NCBI GenBank assembly: GCA_963726245.1 | Contig: CAVSBT010000017.1 | Location: forward strand, 96,001-160,000 | Reading direction: 5' to 3' | From: an uncultured Chloroflexia bacterium | Lineage (GTDB): Bacteria; Chloroflexota; Dehalococcoidia; DSTF01; JALHUB01 | DNA length: 64,000 bases | Part shown: in pieces, positions 43,483 to 53,300 of the stretch | Layout of the letters: each line of letters opens with the position of its first letter | Position numbering within the stretch: the first letter of the stretch is position 1 | Translations under genes and position numbers: made by a program | Notes under the pieces: model-generated | Databases searched by the model: none | What the model was told of the DNA's origin: nothing | Seen by the model: only the letters and a program-made list of their open reading frames with translations

Positions 43483-44127
43483 ATGGTACTGATCTTCTTC
43501 GGCCTGCTCATACTGGCCATCGTGCTGCTGCTCATGCTGCTCGTCTTTGGGTTCACACTGCGCGCGCTGGGCAGCCTCCTCCTCATCCCCGGCGAGTTTG
43601 CCGACATCGTCAGCAGAGAGTCGGTGCGCCGCAACCACGCCCTCAAGAACGCCACTATGAACGTCATCGAAGAGCGGTTGGGCCGGCGGCCCCTCGGCGG
43701 CCAGGCCCGGAGGGACGGCTTCACGCTGGAGGGGGCGGCGCCCCTGGACCTGGTGCTCTCGGCGGCGCGGGAGGGCCTGAGCCGGCTGAAGGCCGGCGAG
43801 CAGCACCTCGCTGTGTACCGCCGCTGCGGCCCTACCATAGCCACAGGCGCCTTCCTCTGCGCCGTGCTCTTCCTGGGCGTCCTGCTGGGCATCGGACGCC
43901 TCTCGCTGCTCAACGTGGCTCTGGCCGTGCTGGTCGCTGACCTGCTGGGCCCTCGAATCAGCATCATCCTCCAGCGCGTCCTCTCCTCCTTCGCCGACGT
44001 GTCCAGCCTGCGTGTCGTGGGTCTGGCGGGCCGGCCGCTGCCCCACACCGGCGGAGCGCCCTCCGCGCGTTTCGACGTGCGAACGGCGCCGGACGGTGCG
44101 GAGTCTCGGAATCGGCGTCTCCCTTAA
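43483..44127 (+). CDS. Hypothetical membrane protein (DUF6391-like)
   Basis: VRRNHALKNAT and RLKAGEQHLAVYRRCG; TM helices; family recalled from memory. Confidence 0.55.
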   Translation: MVLIFFGLLILAIVLLLMLLVFGFTLRALGSLLLIPGEFADIVSRESVRRNHALKNATMNVIEERLGRRPLGGQARRDGFTLEGAAPLDLVLSAAREGLSRLKAGEQHLAVYRRCGPTIATGAFLCAVLFLGVLLGIGRLSLLNVALAVLVADLLGPRISIILQRVLSSFADVSSLRVVGLAGRPLPHTGGAPSARFDVRTAPDGAESRNRRLP

Positions 44128-44153
44128 TGGTCTGTTGAAAAAGCGACCTCTTC

Positions 44154-44191
44154 TGTCACCCTGAGTCCGCCACAGGCGGACGAAGGGTCTC
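44154..44191. repeat. REP-like element (TGTCACCCTGAG...GAAGGGTCTC) with an inner GTCCGCC-ACA-GGCGGAC hairpin
   Basis: ACCCT/AGGGT outer stem with a perfect 7-bp inner stem; intergenic. Confidence 0.55.
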
Positions 44192-44324
44192 GCCAACCCA
44201 GAAAACGCGGGGCGCCCTTCGACCACAGCCGAAGGACGTTGACCCAAAGCCGTAGGCGTCCGAGAATGCTGCCAGCCCCTCCGTCGGCGCCCGGCAGCGC
44301 GCCGGCCTGAGGTGGCGACGCTGC

Positions 44325-44663
44325 GTGGAACCGAAGGTAAAGCTCTGGATAGAGGAAGGCGGCCTGCTGGCCCTCAGCGACTACCGGGTGCGGTTGCTCC
44401 AGCATGTGGCCGACACGGGGTCGCTGGCGCAGGCGGCGCAACGCATGGGCCTCTCCTACCGGCGGGCCTGGGGCAAGATCAAGGAGATCGAGCGGAATCT
44501 GGGGGTTCGCCTGGTGCGGAGCGAAGTGGGCGGCGTCGGCGGCGGCGGGACGCGGCTCACGCCCAGGGGCGAGCGACTGCTGGCCCAGTACCGGCGGTTC
44601 CGGGCGGCGGTGGAGACGGATGTGAGCCGGGATTACATGGAGGCGTTCGGCGAAGAGCCGTAG
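44325..44663 (+). CDS. modE: ModE-type winged-helix regulator (DNA-binding domain only)
   Basis: TGSLAQAAQRMGLSYRRAWGKIKEIE...GGVGGGGTRLTPRG; no TOBE domains. Confidence 0.88.
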   Translation: MEPKVKLWIEEGGLLALSDYRVRLLQHVADTGSLAQAAQRMGLSYRRAWGKIKEIERNLGVRLVRSEVGGVGGGGTRLTPRGERLLAQYRRFRAAVETDVSRDYMEAFGEEP

Positions 44664-44675
44664 TTTTTTTCGCGG

Positions 44676-44698
44676 CGTTATGCTGGTCGTGGCATAAC
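44676..44698. promoter_or_regulatory. ModE-type operator upstream of tupA
   Basis: CGTTATGC-N8-GCATAAC palindrome matches the ModE CGTTAT...ATAAC consensus. Confidence 0.8.
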
Positions 44699-44725
44699 AC
44701 CTTTCAGGACGGAGGATAACACAGG

Positions 44726-45592
44726 ATGAAGAATCGACCGATGGCCTGGCGATGGATCGCAATCTTGGCTGGGATGGCCGGCGCTGCTCGCGCTGGCGGC
44801 GACAGGCTTGCGGGGGTGGAAAGGAGATCATCCTGTCTACCACCACCAGCACACAGGACAGCGGCCTCCTGGATGTGCTGCTGCCCGCGTTTAAGCAGGC
44901 GAGCGGCTACAAGGTGAAGGTCATCGCCGTGGGCTCGGGCGAGGCGCTGGCCATGGCCGACCGCGGCGATGCCGATGCCGTCCTGGCGCACGCTCCCAGC
45001 TCCGAGCAGGCGCTCGTCGACAAGGGGTCGGTGGTCAACCGACAGCTCGTCATGCACAATGACTTCGTCATCGTGGGCCCGGCCGGCGACCCGGTGGGCA
45101 TCAAGGGCATGAAGTCGGCCACCGAGGCGCTGACCAAGATCGCGGACCAGAAAGCGTCCTTCATCAGTCGAGGCGACGACTCCGGCACAGACAAGCTGGA
45201 GAAGAGCCTGTGGAAGAAGGCCAACCTGACGCCGACGGGACAAGGCTGGTACGAGGAGAGCGGCCAGGGCATGGGCGCCACCCTCCAGATCGCCAGCCAG
45301 AAGAGCGGCCTACACCATCTCCGACCGCGGCACCTACCTGGCCCAGAGCGCGAACCTCTCGCTGGAGGTGCTGGTGGAGGGCGACCCGGTGCTGCTCAAC
45401 ATCTACCACGTGATGCAGGTGAACCCCGATCGGTTCAGCCGCGTCAACGCTGAGGGCGGCAAGGCCTTCGTCGACTTCATGGTCTCGGCCGATACCCAGA
45501 AGATGATCGGCGACTTCGGCGTCGAGAAGTTTGGCCAGCCCCTGTTCATCCCCGACGCCGGCAAGGCGGAGTCTGAGCTGGGTCTGCCATAG
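44726..45592 (+). CDS. tupA: Tungstate ABC transporter substrate-binding lipoprotein (apparent indels ~44790-44810 and ~45307)
   Basis: TTTSTQDSGLL signature, GDADAVLAHAP, FISRGDDSGT, GQGMG and SDRGTYL. Confidence 0.9.
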
Positions 45593-45611
45593 CGGGTAAG
45601 GAGGCAGGGCC

Positions 45612-46310
45612 ATGGACCTCATCTGGGACGGCGTCCGGGAGGCATTTCGCATCCTGGGGACGGGCGACTACTCCCTGTGGGAGATCACCCTGCGGTCGCT
45701 CTTCATATCGGGGTCGGCCGTGGTCATCAGCCTCTTCATCGGCGTTGCGCTGGGGTCGCTGCTGGCCTTCAAAGAGTTCCCGGGCCGGAACCTGGCCTTT
45801 ACGCTCGTCAACACGGGCATGGGGCTGCCGCCGGTGGTGGTCGGGCTTCTGGTCGCCATCATGCTGTGGCGCAGCGGGCCCCTCGGCCAGCTCAACCTCA
45901 TCTATACGCCGATGGCCATGATCATCGCCCAGACCATCATCGCGGCGCCCATCGTCACCGGCTTCACCGCGGCGGCGCTGCGCAGCCTCAGTCCCAGGCT
46001 GCGCTTGCAGCTCTACGCGCTGGGCGCGTCGCGGCTCCAGATGCTCTGGCTCGTCCTCTGGGAGGCGAAGCTGCCTCTGCTGGCGGCGGTGATGGCGGGC
46101 TTCGGGGGTGCCGTATCCGAGATTGGCGCCTCCATCATGGTGGGCGGCAACCTGGCTGGGGACACCAGGGTGCTGACGACGGCGGTGGTCTTGGAGGTCT
46201 CCCGGGGCGAGTTCGCGCCCGCCATCGCTCTGTCCATCGTGCTGCTCGGCCTCATATTCGCCGTCAACCTGATCCTGACCACCGTGCAGCAGCAGGAGCA
46301 GCGCTCGTGA
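45612..46310 (+). CDS. tupB: Tungstate ABC transporter permease
   Basis: NTGMGLPPVVVGL and SEIGASIMVGGNLAGDTRVLTTA. Confidence 0.9.
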   Translation: MDLIWDGVREAFRILGTGDYSLWEITLRSLFISGSAVVISLFIGVALGSLLAFKEFPGRNLAFTLVNTGMGLPPVVVGLLVAIMLWRSGPLGQLNLIYTPMAMIIAQTIIAAPIVTGFTAAALRSLSPRLRLQLYALGASRLQMLWLVLWEAKLPLLAAVMAGFGGAVSEIGASIMVGGNLAGDTRVLTTAVVLEVSRGEFAPAIALSIVLLGLIFAVNLILTTVQQQEQRS

Positions 46311-47485
46311 GCGAGCCCAAGCTCTCTCTCCGCGACGTCCAGGTGCGGCGCCGCGGCGGCGACATCCTCCAGGTGCCGCACTTGGACGTGCTTCCCGGCG
46401 AGGTGCTGGCCGTCATCGGGCCGAACGGGGCGGGCAAGACCACGCTCATGATGGTGCTGGCCCTGCTGGAACGTCCCTCGCAGGGGGAGGTGCTGTTCGA
46501 GGGCGAGAGCGTGCGGGGACGCGAGCTCTCGCTGCGACGGCGGATGGCGGTGGTCTTCCAGGAAGCGCTCCTTCTGCGTCGCTCGGTGGTGGACAACGTG
46601 GGTATGGGCCTGGCCCTCCGCGGCGTGCCCCGCCGCCAGCGGAACGAGCGCGCCCTGCACTGGATGGAGCGGTTCGGCATCCCCCAACTGGGCCGCCGGG
46701 GGGCTCGCAATCTCTCCGGCGGCGAGGCGCAGCGCGCCAGCCTGGCGCGCGCCTTCGCCCTGGAACCGGAGGTCCTCCTCCTGGACGAACCGTTCAGCGG
46801 CCTGGACCAGCCCACCCGCGAGGCGCTCCTGGAGGAGCTGGCCGCAGTGCTGGCGGAGACGGCCATGACCACGGTCTTCGTCACCCACGATCGGGATGAG
46901 GCGGCCCGGCTCAGTCACCGCGTGGCGGTGTTGCTCAGGGGCCGCTTGCGGCAGGTGGGCGCGGCGGCGGACGTGTTCGCCGCGCCCGTGGACGAGGAGG
47001 TGGCGGCGTTCGTCGGGGTCGAGACCATGGTTCCGGCCCGCGCCGTCGGCGATGCGGGCGGCCTGGCGCGCCTGGAGGTGGCCGGCCACGTCATCGAGGC
47101 CGTGGTCAAGGGTCCGCTCGCCCCGGACGTGCTGGTCTGCCTGCGTCCGGAGGACGTCGTGCTGGCGCCGCCCGACGGCGTCATGCCGTCCAGCGCCCGC
47201 AACCGTCTGCCGGGCGTCATCACCCGCGTCGTGCCTGCCGGGGCCCAGGTCCGCGTGACCGTGGACTGCGGCTTCCCGCTGGTCGCGGTCGTCACCCGCC
47301 GGTCGCTGGAGGAGCTGGGATTAGTCGCCGGCGCTCCGGTGGTGGCCACCTTCAAGGCCAGCGCCGTCCACCTCATCCCCCGGCCCGCGGCCCGCAGAAC
47401 CGTAGGGACAGAGCTTCAGCTCTGTCCGTCTCCAACGAGACGCCCGCCTGCACGGCGCGCAGCAGCTCCAGGCTGTCGGCGATGA
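46307..47485 (+). CDS. tupC: Tungstate ABC ATPase with TOBE domains (3' end uncertain)
   Basis: GPNGAGKTT, LSGGEAQR, LLDEPF, and TOBE SSARNRLPG...ATFKASAV. Confidence 0.88.
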   Translation: MSEPKLSLRDVQVRRRGGDILQVPHLDVLPGEVLAVIGPNGAGKTTLMMVLALLERPSQGEVLFEGESVRGRELSLRRRMAVVFQEALLLRRSVVDNVGMGLALRGVPRRQRNERALHWMERFGIPQLGRRGARNLSGGEAQRASLARAFALEPEVLLLDEPFSGLDQPTREALLEELAAVLAETAMTTVFVTHDRDEAARLSHRVAVLLRGRLRQVGAAADVFAAPVDEEVAAFVGVETMVPARAVGDAGGLARLEVAGHVIEAVVKGPLAPDVLVCLRPEDVVLAPPDGVMPSSARNRLPGVITRVVPAGAQVRVTVDCGFPLVAVVTRRSLEELGLVAGAPVVATFKASAVHLIPRPAARRTVGTELQLCPSPTRRPPARRAAAPGCRR

Positions 47486-48168
47486 GGCCGCTGGCGCCCC
47501 AGCCGATCACCTTCCTCGCATCCTCCGGGTCGTCAATGCCCCAGACGTAGAGCGCCAGACCCTCGGCCCGCAGGCGGCGGGCCAGCGCTTCGTCGAGCAG
47601 GTCGCGCTGGATGGCCACCCCCGCTCGAAGGCGGTCGTCGGGAGGCAGGGCCAGGAGGGCGGCGCGGTGGCGCCGGCTGTTGACGGAGCGCACGAGGCGC
47701 AGGTCGGGCTCGCTGCGCCGCAGCTCGGCCAGCAGGCCCCAGTGCTCAGACGAGACCGTCGCCTCCTTCAAGGCGTCATTGCGGCGCAGGGCGTCGAGCA
47801 GGGCGCCCGGAAAGGGCCGGGCGAGGGCTTTGAGGTCCAGGTAGGGCCGCGCGCGCCCTTTGACCTGCTCGAGGAGCTCGTCCAGGGTGAGCTGGGCGCT
47901 ACGGTCGACGCGCAGGTACCAGCGGTCCCAGTACAGAGGCAGGAAGGGGAGCCGCCGCGCGTGCCGGGCGACGATGCGGCCGCCGTCCCAGCGCAGGTCG
48001 GCCTCAACGGCGTCGACGCCGGCCGACAGGGCCCGTCTCAAGGGCGGCGCGGTCGTTGCCCGCTCGGTGAGCGATCGTCAGGATGTGGCCGGTGCCTGCC
48101 TGGGGGCGTCCGCCGGGGCCGGGAGAAGAGGAAGAGGGGCCTGATGGCCCCTCGCTGTCGTCTCTCAC
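47373..48168 (-). CDS. Glycerophosphodiester phosphodiesterase-family protein (apparent frameshift ~48040)
   Basis: LTIAHRAGND, VDAVEADL, VARH, YLDLK, YVWGIDD and GLIAD. Confidence 0.8.
47397..47428 (+). repeat. GTAG-type REP-like palindrome
   Basis: GAACC-GTAG-GGACAGAGCT-TC-AGCTCTGTCC-G; near-copy at 53194-53221. Confidence 0.7.
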
Positions 48169-48183
48169 GGTGCCCAGGCCGCG

Positions 48184-48702
48184 TCAGTCCTCACACAGGC
48201 CGAGCACGCTCACCAGCACGGAGCGCCGCTTCGGGCGGTCCAGCTCGACCAGGAAGACGCGTTGCCACTGCCCCAGCGTAAGTCTCCCGTCGACGATGGG
48301 GATGGTCTCGCTGGTGGGCAGGAACAGGTGCTGGCAGTGGGCGTGGCCGTTGGGGCACTCGTCGTCGTCCATGTTCTCGGTGCGGCGCGAGAAGTCGTTG
48401 TGGTGGTAATCGTCGTCGCAAGAGGCGGCGCCGTCCAGGGCGCGCGCCATGTCCTGCAGGAGAAGAGGCTCGTTCTCGTTGATCTTGACGGCGGCCGTGG
48501 TGTGGGTGGAGTAGACGGTGGCCTGCCCGAACCGAACGCCGGAGGCGGCGACGACGGACTCCACCTGCTCCGTGATGTCGATGAACTCGGGGGCGGTGTT
48601 TGTCTCCACCTCCAGCGACTCGCAACAGAAGGCCGTTGCGCGGTTCTGCCTTCGCATGACGACCGGTCTCTGGGCGGGAGCACCTGCGGTCACACTTCTC
48701 AT
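48184..48702 (-). CDS. yjbQ: YjbQ/UPF0047 family protein
   Basis: HTTAAVKINENEP, NGHAHC and LGQWQRVFLVELDRP. Confidence 0.9.
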   Translation of the reverse strand: MRSVTAGAPAQRPVVMRRQNRATAFCCESLEVETNTAPEFIDITEQVESVVAASGVRFGQATVYSTHTTAAVKINENEPLLLQDMARALDGAASCDDDYHHNDFSRRTENMDDDECPNGHAHCQHLFLPTSETIPIVDGRLTLGQWQRVFLVELDRPKRRSVLVSVLGLCED

Positions 48703-48830
48703 TTGGACACGTTTCCTCCGCCTAACTCAGATGGGCTCGCTGGAGAGCATAACCGTATTAGTGTAGCACGTTTGGCCGCTAGATGAAGGGGGATCAAGCC
48801 CCCGCCAGCGAAGATCGGGGGTACTCCTCA

Positions 48831-49710
48831 TCATCTCTTAATGTAGCCGAGCCCCTCCGCAAGACGCTTGGGCGCGAAGCCGAAGTTGCGGGGCACGGCG
48901 TCGATATCCGTCGCGTTGTCCTTGGCCAGCATGGCCAGTTGCTGGCGCGTGACCAGGGGCCGCGGAAGAAGAGCTTCCATGGCTCTGGCTGCCGCGCGCA
49001 CCAGCGGTCAGGGGCACGTGAACGCTGAGCCGGCGCACGCCGAGCTCGCGACGCACCGTCGCCAGCATCTCCTCGTAGGTCAGGTGCTCCGGTCCTCCCA
49101 CCTCGATGATCTGGCCGTCGTGCGCGCCTTCCTCCAGGCAGGCGGCGATGCAGGTGACCAGGTCCTCCACCCAGATGGGCTGGAAGCGGGTCTTGCCGTC
49201 CCCGGCGACGGGCACGATGGGGTTCCAGCGCACCAGCCCCGCCAGCCGGTTGAAGAAGTCGTCCTCCGGGCCGAAGACGATGGAGGGCCGCAGGATGGTG
49301 TAGGTGAGGCCGCTGCCGATGACCGCCTGCTCGGCTCCCCACTTGGCTGCCCAGTAGGGGAAGCGCGGGTCCGGGTCGGCGCCGATGGCGCTGACGTAGA
49401 CGAGCTTGCGCACGCCGGCGGCGCGGGCCGCCTCCACCAGCCGCTCGGTGCCGCCGCGAACAACGGCGTCGAAGGTCTGGGGCCCGCGCTCCGCGATGAT
49501 CGCGACCAGGTGCGCCACCCGCTCGACGCCCTGGAGGGCGACCGCCAGGCCGTCGCCGGTGACCACGTCGGCCGTCACCGATTCCACGCCGTCGGGGAGT
49601 CGGGGAGAACGCGCGCCGCGAGCGGCAACGCGCACCGGCTTGCCCTCCTGGGCCAGTCGCGCCACCAGCCGGCTGCCGATGAACCCCGTGCCGCCGGTAA
49701 CGAGGATCAT
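48831..49710 (-). CDS. NAD(P)-binding atypical SDR, complex I NDUFA9-like (apparent frameshift ~49010)
   Basis: MILVTGGTGFIG, YVSAIGA, YWAAK, LRPSIVFG and FQPIWVEDL. Confidence 0.88.
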
Positions 49711-49889
49711 GGTGGGCCTCCTTTCCCGCCGTCGCAGGGCTGAGGTCTGGCCGCGTCCGCTGGGCGCCATCTTAGCACCCACCTGCGTGGCGCGGCAACG
49801 CGCGACGCCAGCCAGCCCGTACACATAAGGGCTCCTCTTCCACTATCATTGGAGAACTCAGGCATACGCTACCCGGGAAGGAGCAGGAC

Positions 49890-51058
49890 ATGGACTTCGA
49901 GCTGTCCGAAGAGCACAAGATGATCCGGGAGACCGCCCGGCGCATCGCCCGCGAGCGCATCGCTCCACGGGCGGCCGAGATTGACGAGAAAGAGGAGTAC
50001 CCTCACGATATCTTCCAGGTGTTTCGGGAGGCGGGCCTCCTGGGGCTGAGCATACCCCGGGAGTACGGCGGGGCAGGCGCCGGCATACTGGCCCTCTGCC
50101 TGGCCGTTGAGGAGGCGGCGAAGTACTGCTGCTCCTCAGGGCTCATGCTCCTCCTCTCAGGCCTCTCCACGCAGTCCATACTCATCGGCGGCAGCGAGCA
50201 GCAGAAGCGCGAGTTCGCCGCCCGCGTCGCCAGCGGCGAGTACAAGGGCGCCTTCTGCCTGACGGAGCCCAACGCCGGCTCCGACGCCGCCAACCTCCAG
50301 TCTCGCGCCCGCCGCGACGGCGACGACTACGTGATCAACGGCGAGAAGTGCTTCATCTCCGGCGGCAGCGTGGCCGACTACGTGGTCACGTTCGCCAAGA
50401 CGGACCCGGAGGCCGGCGCCCGCGGCATCTGCGGCTTCATCGTGCCCGCCGACGCGCCCGGCTTCTCGGTGGCCCGCACCGACCAGCAAGATGGGCGTTC
50501 GAGGCGTGCCCACGGCCAGCCTGGCCTTCGACAACTGCCGGGTGCCTGGCCAGAACCTCCTGGGCGGGAAGGAGAACGGCGGCTTCCGCACGGTCATGAT
50601 GACCCTCAACAGCATACGGCCGGTGGTGGGGGCCCGCGGCGTCGGCCTGGCCGAGGGCGCCCTCAGCCTATGCCCTGGAGTTCGCCCGCCAGCGAGAGGC
50701 CTTCGGCGGGCCCATCGCCAACCTCCAGGCCATCCAGTTCATGTTCGCCGACATGGCCATCCAGATCGAGGCGGCCCGCCTCCTCGTCTACCAGGGCGGC
50801 TGGTTGGTGGACCAGGGCCGCTTCGACCGCCAGGATGCCCACTTCCTGTCCATCGGCAAGGTCTTCGCCACCGAGATGGCGGTCCGCGTCTCCTCCGACG
50901 CCCTCCAGGTGCTGGGCGCCCAGGGCTATATGCGCGACCATCCCCTGGAGCGCCACTACCGCGACGCCCGCCAGCTCATGATTGTCGAGGGGACGAGCCA
51001 GATCCAGCGCGTGGTCATCTCGCGGGCGCTCCTTCAGCGAGACCTGGTCTATCCGTAG
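49890..51058 (+). CDS. Acyl-CoA dehydrogenase (apparent frameshifts ~50485, ~50668)
   Basis: FCLTEPNAGSDA, INGEKCFIS, KMGVRG and LERHYRDARQLMIVEGTSQIQR. Confidence 0.92.
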
Positions 51059-51075
51059 AAGGCTGGTGACCTCCG

Positions 51076-51113
51076 GGAGGGGCGCACAGTCCGCCAGGGG
51101 CGGACGCCCCTAC
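51076..51113 (-). repeat. GTAG-type REP-like palindrome between convergent genes
   Basis: Minus strand reads GTAGGGGCGTCCGCC-CCT-GGCGGACTGTGCGCCCCTCC. Confidence 0.65.
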
Positions 51114-51115
51114 GA

Positions 51116-52249
51116 CTACGGCTGGCGGCCAGGCGAGAGGGGCACGTCCGCTTCCTCGGTCCAGACCTGCCAGGCGGGCTTGGCGGAGCCGTCGGCGCGG
51201 CGGAGGCCGATGTACTGTAGCAGGTCCAGCGGCGGCTCCTGGACGACGGCGGGGATCGGTGCTGGCGAACCAGACCACGAAGGCCATGTCCAGGCGCTGG
51301 GCGTCCTGGAACAGACGGCGGAGGAAGGCCTCCTGGTCCTCCTCCGTGCCCTCGTTGATGCCCTCGCGCCCCGGGCCCGAGGAGTAGCCCGCGGCGGCGA
51401 TGGCGATGGGGGCGTCGCTGTAGCGCCGGAGCTGGTCATAGTAGTCAGGCGGGATGTCGTCGGGGGTGGCGAAGGCGAAGCTGGGATAGGTGGTAACGGC
51501 CAGGATGTCCACCTTGGGCTCGAAGTCGCAGCACCAGGTGCCAGCGGCTGACGGCCCCCGGCTGCGGCAGACTGGCCGGCCGGCGAAAGCAGGTTCTGGA
51601 TGGCCTCCATCTGGAACGTGGGGAAGACCAGCGTCTCCGGCGAGATGTCCTTGACGGCGTCATAGGCCTCGAAGTAGAGGCTGACGAAGTTGTCGAAGTC
51701 ATCGGGCCGGGCCGCCTCATAGAGGTCCACCTCCATGCCCAGGGCCATGTAGCGGGGCCTCAGGTTCAGGGCCAGGTACTGGGCATAGGCGATGAAGGCA
51801 GAGCGGACCCGCGGGTCGCCGAAGCCGGCGTCCGCCAGGTCCTCCGGCGGGGAGGCCAGCCGCCCCCGGTCCGCCGGGTCCAGGGGGTCCACGGCGGCGA
51901 AGATGCCCAGGCCGTTCTCCTCGGCCAGGCGCTTCTCCTCGCGGGTCAGGTCCAGCGTCTCGGCGGAGATGACGCCGCCGGGCCGGAACTCCTCCCAGGG
52001 CGGCGCCCGCTGGATGAGGATGAGCTCGCCGTTCTCGCCGGCCAGTTTGAAGGCCTCCTCGTAGCCAGCCTTCGATGGCTGCTCCGGGAAGGAACTGAGG
52101 CCCATCTCAAAGGACCGGGGTTCCGCCCCCTCTTGCTGGGGCTGGGGTTCTTCAGAGGTCCCGCCACCGCGACACGCCGCACCGAGAAAGACCGCAATCA
52201 GCAGCAGGGGGAGAAGGAGGAATGGCTTGCGAACGATAGTGGATCTCAA
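51116..52249 (-). CDS. Lipoprotein with glycoside-hydrolase-like TIM barrel (several apparent indels)
   Basis: Lipobox FLGAAC; YMALGMEVD, EAYDAVK...VFPTFQ, AVTTYP, PIAIAAAGYSS, FVVWF and GLRRADGSAKPAW. Confidence 0.65.
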   Translation of the reverse strand: MRSTIVRKPFLLLPLLLIAVFLGAACRGGGTSEEPQPQQEGAEPRSFEMGLSSFPEQPSKAGYEEAFKLAGENGELILIQRAPPWEEFRPGGVISAETLDLTREEKRLAEENGLGIFAAVDPLDPADRGRLASPPEDLADAGFGDPRVRSAFIAYAQYLALNLRPRYMALGMEVDLYEAARPDDFDNFVSLYFEAYDAVKDISPETLVFPTFQMEAIQNLLSPAGQSAAAGGRQPLAPGAATSSPRWTSWPLPPIPASPSPPPTTSRLTTMTSSGATATPPSPSPPRATPRARGARASTRARRRTRRPSSAVCSRTPSAWTWPSWSGSPAPIPAVVQEPPLDLLQYIGLRRADGSAKPAWQVWTEEADVPLSPGRQP

Positions 52250-52422
52250 GGTTCCTGTGACGCCGCCCAGGGGTGGCAGTTCGACCCTCGACTCTCTCGG
52301 CTGTCCCTGCCGAATTCTCGCCGCATATCTCGCTGGGGTCAACCGGCGCCCAGGGGACGGTGTTGACCCGGCGCTGTAAACTAGGGTCTGTGTTCCTACT
52401 CACAACCCGGCCTGAGCGTGGC

Positions 52423-53140
52423 ATGCACCGGCTAACCTTCCGCCCCCGCGAGCTGCGCCGCCTCTTCTATCCTCGCCACCTTCCTTGGCATGTTCGACCG
52501 CTTCCAGGAGGTGATCAACAGCCACGTCCCGGCCGGAAGCGTCCTCCTGGACGCCGGCTGCGGAAGGGGCCGCACGTTCCTCTATCGACGCCGCCTGCCG
52601 TCCGTCCGGGTCGTGGGGCTGGACATGTCGCCCTACGCCCGCGACAACCCGAACGTGGACTCCCAGGTGCGGGGGAACGTGGAGGCATTGCCCTTCGCCG
52701 ACGCCTCCTTCGACGCCGTCCTCAGCACCCACGTCGCCGAGCACCTGGCCCGCCCCGAGGCCGCCTTCGGCGAGATGGCCCGCGTGCTGCGGCCCGGCGG
52801 CCGGCTGCTGCTCCTCACGCCCAACCGCCTCCACTACGTGCCCCTCCTGGCCCGCCTCCTGCCCGCGGGCCTGCACGCGGCGGTGAACCGGCATCGCGGC
52901 CTGGGCGAGCACGACGTGTTCCCCACGCTCTACCGGGCGAATACGGCCGCCGACCTGCGCCGCCTGGCGGCGGGCGCCGGCCTCCACGTGGAGCGGCTGG
53001 AGGCCTTCGAGACGGAGCCCGAGTACCTGGCCTTCCACCCTCTCGCCTATGCCGCCGGCGTCCTCTACGAGCGAGTGGTGAATCGCTATCGGGCCCTGGC
53101 GCCCCTGCGCGTGAACCTGCTGTTGGTGGCGCGAAAGTAG
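52423..53140 (+). CDS. Class I SAM-dependent methyltransferase (start 52423 with indel, or 52490)
   Basis: LLDAGCGRG, LPFADASFDAV, EHL and RVLRPGG...TPN. Confidence 0.88.
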
Positions 53141-53221
53141 GGGCGCCCCTCGCGGGCGCCCCCTGGGGCAGGGGCGAGCCCTGCCTGCACGGCGAACCGT
53201 AGGACGAGCTCAGCTCGTCCG
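53137..53221 (+). repeat. REPIN-like doublet plus a second GTAG-type REP
   Basis: GTAG-GGGCGCCC-CTCGC-GGGCGCCC, then GGCAGGG-GCGAG-CCCTGCC, then GAACCGTAGGACGAGCT-C-AGCTCGTCCG. Confidence 0.7.
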
Positions 53222-53300
53222 CAAGGTCTCTAGCGGCAGCTGTGACGGCTGTGGCACGCTTGGTCAGAGGCGTAGGGCCGGGCTGAGGGGCGGCCCTGCC

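Noticed and set aside
44130-44143. CTGTTGAAAAAG as an IS terminal repeat
   Set aside because: No partner repeat or transposase found.
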